Source of the DNA: Takakia lepidozioides
Taxonomy: Eukaryota; Plantae; Bryophyta
Direction: 5' to 3'
NCBI GenBank assembly: GCA_030704615.1
Contig: CM060732.1
Span: 21,080,001-21,144,000, forward strand
DNA: 64,000 nucleotides
The position numbers were made by a program, and so were the translations under genes. Positions within the stretch are counted from its first letter, which is position 1, and every line of letters starts with the position of its first letter. Of the stretch, positions 58,722 through 64,000 are shown piece by piece. Below the pieces are notes generated by a model. The model was not told the DNA's origin, did no database searches, and saw only the letters and a program-made list of their open reading frames with translations.

Positions 58722-61700
58722 CTAGGTCAGCCAGGCGAGGTAAGCAATTCAGAATTCAGCGCGTTTCATCAGGTCAGCTCGTCAAAGCGCAAGCACCCAC
58801 CTAGATCTTCTATAGCTCGGACTAAGTTCTCAAGAGCGAGCTCAAAGAAGCTGATTTCGGCCTCGGATTGTATGTAGACATCTTTGAGCGGCCTTGCAGG
58901 GTCAAACATTGCATTTTTCTAGTACCAGTGCTGCTACCATTCTTTCATCTTAATCTCCAGCCAATCAATTCTAAGTCAAATGTGTATGGGATACTTATGG
59001 ATCATGCAGGCATAGTCAGATCTGCATGTCCATGGCAAGGGTAGCATCTAGTGGCATAGTGACCAGTTATCTTTGATTGTGCAGCACAGCCAACTCTACC
59101 CAGATCTGACATAATAGTGCAAGTTCTTCTTGAAAAGGACCAGTGCACAATTGTGGGAATTTCTATATAAATCTGTATAGGTTCCTTTGTGTGATCATCA
59201 GTAAACTTCAAAAACATATCTATATATATGTTTTAAGCTGTATACATGTACCGTACTGTTCTTGATAATGATGGATTGTCATTTCTGTGTGGAACCCCCA
59301 TGAGAAGTGCATCTCTGAAGCGATAGTAGTGTGTGAAGCACCAATGTGACCTTGATAGAAGAATGTGCAATTCATCTCTGTTTGGCAGATTAAGTTCAAC
59401 CGTCTCTTTGAAGTGCCTGTGCCTCTCTAATATGTACGGTAAGCTTGCTTCCAGGCTAGTATTCGAGGAGGGTATGATTAGGAGGTGAACATTATCTCCT
59501 TTCTCCTGCAATGTCGTTCCAGTAGTGACTAAAATGATCATCCTTGATAGATCATCTACCATATGTCTCTAAGTAGGGACCTGAGCCAAAAGTGTGAAGT
59601 TTCTCAGATGTTTCTTGGACCAGCTCGATTGAACATTGAAGCAGTCCCGTTTCCGTTGCACATAAGTTTGAGTCAAGTATTATATGCCAAGAGCGGATGT
59701 CATGTACTCTTTGATCACAATCTCGTACTCCTGGCACAATGTCGACTTTCCTGCACCTCCTGTTACCGAACCTGTGAGTTACCTGTGGGTAGCCCTTATG
59801 TGCAAAGCTCTTTGAAAGATATTTCGATGGGCACCTCTCTGCATGCCCACAAAGATCCAAGGCAATGACCATGGAACTGAATATATTGAATTAGAGTACC
59901 TTCTTTCCTCCTTCTTTGTCTGCATTCTTACCGCGATTCTGCTGAGACCAGCTTGTACATGAAGAATCCAGATGCACATGAGACGTCACCATTTGGCCAC
60001 ATGTCTCTGGATACATGATGTTACTGCCCGAGTTACTGCCAGGTCCCAGATTCTCAGCCTAGTTCTACCTGAGCCTTGGAGAGGTGCTCCCCATGGTGTA
60101 CTGACTGGTGCCCTATCTCCGGAGAGATGAACAATAAGAGGACAACTAGCACTGAGTTCTAAGCAAAGAGTGCAAAAAGGACAATAAGAAACATATCAAA
60201 TGTTGCACGGAGAGTTCGCCTGGTCCATATCATTACAGCACAACCTCGATCCGTGTTCTTCAGCCACACAGGGAGACTCCCTTAAAGTGAACTTGTAAGT
60301 GCTGGCTCGAGTGCTGGCTTGTTTTGAGTCTACGTGTATGTTAGAAGTCTGAAGACTTCACAAACCATGAATCACACTAGATGTTAGATGCATAGAAGAA
60401 TAGTAGTACTTACCTTAAAGAGAAATTTTTTGATGGAGTCAGGACCCACGTTGACGTGGTATTAGTAGATAGAACATGTGGATCATCGAATCCATGACCT
60501 TGGTTGGAACTGGCATCTGACAAGAAGAATGAAGGAGTTGCTGATCTAGTGTCAATATGACTAAGCAGGTGTATATAGAAGAACTATTCAAAGAAGTAGT
60601 AAACAAATTCAACTTAATAGTGAACCAATGATCTCGATCAACCCTAGTTCTCAAACACTCTAGATGACCTTTCTCCACTTAACATTGAATTTTTTTCAGA
60701 CAGGTGGTAGTAGCACAGCATTACAGGAGCATGGGGTGGCCTCTCCGCAAGAGAGGCTGCCACCCATTGAACCTTTAGCGGAGAGTGCTGCTTTACTGTG
60801 GTGAAAACCTCCTTCCTGCCCCTTACTAGTGTAAATGATAGAGCTAGCAAGTATGATCTAGTTCGATAGGCGAAGGCAAAATGAAGTTAGGATGGATGAT
60901 TGATCGTCAGATATATAATCAAACGCCACTGTAAAGAATGCTCATCACAATGACTTCAAGTCAGTGTGATCTGTCGATTACTGCATAAATATTTGTATCC
61001 AGAGAGATACCGAATGGAATCCATGTACACAGTTTATCAAGTTGCAGATCACGGATCACTTGCTCGAGAAGCGCACAAATTTCTTCAGCTTTCAACTGCG
61101 AGCTACAGTGATCTGAAGCATTGTGACGATCCACTTCTAAAGATGTCTTCAACTGTGAAATTTGTAGCTACTCTTTGTCTCCAATCTCGAGCTCTCTCAT
61201 ATGCAACTGTACTCTAATATGTAAGATACATCTGTGAGGATTCTGGAGCGATTCTCGTCTTCAATATTTTTCCGGGGCCATCAGTCACACAGAACAATAC
61301 AACATGTTTATCACGCGTACAGCATCATCGACAAACATAATAACATGATTGCTTATAATAAGCACTTACACAAAACACACCTGTGAGTCTGATATCGGAT
61401 AAACTTCCCACTTACCTACCAACCACTGCTCCAGGACTCCTCTGTAATGGCTTCAATCCGGTTGCAAGCTGACAGGTTAGGGTCCTTGTGACCTCCAACT
61501 TTTGGACAAAATACCGGAACTTTAGAATAATGTGTTTCTCGAAAACAAGTCGGATCGGCCTCCACTGGGCTGGCCACGGTGGACCCCAAGTTTGACAGTC
61601 TCTATGAAACGTTGCTACTGTGCTCGCGCCTATTTTTGCATTTTCATAGATGTGTATGCAATGTCTTGCAGTTTGAAGCTCTTCAGATCAACAGGGTGAT

Positions 61701-63054
61701 AATATGTTGAGATTTAAGATCCATGACATGATCTCAAGGCAGCCACAAATCAAAGACCATGTACAATATCTCATTTCTGGGAACTGCGCATAAACGAGGG
61801 TGGCCCTCAGCGGTAACCACTACAGCAGATCAAGGGAGCAAGCTCCAATTTTACCCTGGTGTGCATTAGACCATCTATTTAAGGGTTTGTTGACCATTCA
61901 AATTTGGTGTAGTTGCTGCCCTGTTTCATGTATAAGTGAAGCTAAGTCAATGGTACAGTGCCCAATGTTCATCCATAGCCATATGAGAAATTCTTGTATG
62001 GATTTGCTAGTTTGCAGGGGAGGGTCATGCTCCCAGTGTGGTGGGTGATGCACATCAATGCCCACCGCTCCACAAATATATTCAGGAACCCACCTTTTAT
62101 CTATGACGCCCTCATGAAGCAGAATTGGGACACTGAAAGCAGGCTACATATGGGCGCCAACACAATCTGGGTGCATCCTAATCTAGAGGGAGACGGAGAG
62201 AGTAGGTACTACTCTGCACATGTGTAGAGCTGTGTCTTTTCTATACAAAACTCATCTCACAAAGTCTATCTATGATGTCCTCGTGAACCAGGCTGGGGAC
62301 TAAAAAGCACTGACACTATCTGCAGCTATCCTGTGTTAGAGGGTGATGGAGACAGGGAAAGAGACAGCAGAAGTGATGTTTGTACTCTGGACGTGTATAG
62401 CAGTCTGTTGCTAACCAAATTTGAACTTCTGTCAGTTGCACAGTCTATCTACATTGATATCAGTTCTGACCTAATCATATGACCTGATCTTTGTGAATTG
62501 AGAGCACCATATGCAAGAGGCTTTGTTCAGCTGGGCTTCATTTCTGTCTCCCTCTGTGTCTGTTCCATGGCAACTCATCACGTTTCTGTAGCACAAAATA
62601 TAACCTCTCTAGGAGAGAAGAAACACACTGTACAAGCACAACACCCTCTACTTGTGTCCCCGGCCAGTGCATCATTCTGCATCCTTCATATCTTGCTTAT
62701 TCAGGGGTGTCACTGTGATGTAGCGCCCCTCATCACAGATATGCCATGATTGCACTTTCAGTCTCCATATGGTGAGCTTGTGCTGGCCCACAGCAATCAC
62801 ATTCCAAACAGCTATGGTCGAGAAGATTTAGGTTTCCCCTGTCCGTGACGAGAATTACAAGTGGTACAAATACGACCAAAAGGATTCGCACCACTTAATC
62901 TCTGCTGCCAAGAACAACCAAATCACATGAAGGTGGGTGGGTGAGTGCCAAGATCGGCCTCCTTTCACGTAATGGTCGTACTCGGACGATAAACCCCACC
63001 AGCCCGAAGAGAGAGATTGTTTGCATTAATTGCGATGAAAGAATTCCTCGTGGA

Positions 63055-64000
63055 TCAAGCGGTGAAGTAGGCGATGCGAAAGAACCAGGGAACGATGAAA
63101 ACCACAATAAGGCATGCCAGCAGAGAATTTCGTACGAATTGTCGCTGCCAGCAGTACCCCAACTGCGCTACTGGGAAACTTCTCGCTCGTCTCTCCCCCT
63201 CGAAGGAAGCTACACCTCCTTCCGTGTGTGCTTGTGATTCAGAAGCCCTCTCCTGTTCCATCACAGGGAGATTTTCTACAATTGCACCGCATATTTCACA
63301 TACACGGTTGCCCCTAATTTTAAACCAAGCTTCTGCACAGTGGCGATGAGCAAGCGCCAACTCCTGCTTGCAAGCGCATCCCAGCTCCATAGAATCGTTG
63401 CCCTCCGCGCTCAGCCCAAGATGGCACACACGGCACACCTTGTCCCCATCATCATTGATTGGAACGTCGTTTACCCCCTTCCCTTGAGAAACTGTGCAGC
63501 CCATTTCCACATCACGATCGAAGCTTCCGAATGCAAACTCCTTGTAAGATTTATCCTCCATCTCACGATTGGAACCCTCCCCCTCACTCCCGGCATCCAC
63601 AGATCTGTCCGTGCCCAAATAATAACTCTTCGCCAGTTGGAAGGCCTCCCTTCCGCTACCATCGTGAGGCTCAAAACTTCCTAGGTCGAATACAGAGCAA
63701 ACAGCACCAGTATCTCCAACTGCATGCCCCTCCCTGACATCGAGCACAGACCGTCCAGCTTCACTGCTCTTGGCCCTCTCATCCCCTCCAACTCTGCCAT
63801 CAGACGGGCTTCGGTCTTGCCCTACTGGAGAACGATCAGATTCACCCCGCAACTCGGCAAACGAACCCTCCCGAATCCTCTCACATCCCATTCCCCCGCT
63901 TCCTCCTCCCTCGCCATTTCCAACCTGCACAGCCCCGGCTGAGAATCCCGTCTCTACATCCGAGCCCAAGATGCTGCTGCCCCTCTCACTCGATTCCTGT
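63055..64000 (-). CDS. RING-CH (RINGv) E3 ubiquitin ligase with C-terminal transmembrane helix, 5'-partial
   Basis: CRVC...LGCACK...AHRHCAEAWF..RGNRVCEICG; hydrophobic LLACLIVVFIVPWFF. Frame stays open to the window edge. Confidence 0.9.
   Translation of the reverse strand, partial: QESSERGSSILGSDVETGFSAGAVQVGNGEGGGSGGMGCERIREGSFAELRGESDRSPVGQDRSPSDGRVGGDERAKSSEAGRSVLDVREGHAVGDTGAVCSVFDLGSFEPHDGSGREAFQLAKSYYLGTDRSVDAGSEGEGSNREMEDKSYKEFAFGSFDRDVEMGCTVSQGKGVNDVPINDDGDKVCRVCHLGLSAEGNDSMELGCACKQELALAHRHCAEAWFKIRGNRVCEICGAIVENLPVMEQERASESQAHTEGGVASFEGERRARSFPVAQLGYCWQRQFVRNSLLACLIVVFIVPWFFRIAYFTA

Noticed and set aside
59000-62900. Scattered 60-110 aa ORFs
   Set aside because: No motifs; consistent with chance ORFs in intergenic or UTR sequence.

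Overview
Repeat-rich nuclear DNA from a land plant. The gene and transposon styles suggest a seed-free plant (bryophyte, lycophyte or fern), which is an inference. Positions 1-16 kb are a transposon nest. It holds the right end of a CACTA element that cuts a pogo-like transposase, and a decayed CACTA TnpD gene whose first intron carries a young Ty3/Gypsy chromovirus (2704-9150, TSD GCAAC). It also holds a duplicated mosaic of captured gene fragments (RPS3a plus PPR E motifs) and a small CACTA derivative. Intact-looking host genes are a GH3 acyl-amido synthetase, a secreted DUF3455-type gene with an intron, plastid FtsZ2, an LBD15-like LOB factor and a RING-CH E3 ligase (5'-partial). There are two head-to-head PLS-class PPR genes. 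One is fully decayed; the other keeps an intact PPR array, but its DYW domain is broken by stops and an inverted L1 insertion. Most notable: the retrotransposon has an extra ~880-nt non-coding module between integrase and the PPT that folds into a dense hairpin series, with regularly spaced UAGUG-loop hairpins and two tandem GACG-tetraloop hairpins. All calls come from manual reading; no searches or folding were run.
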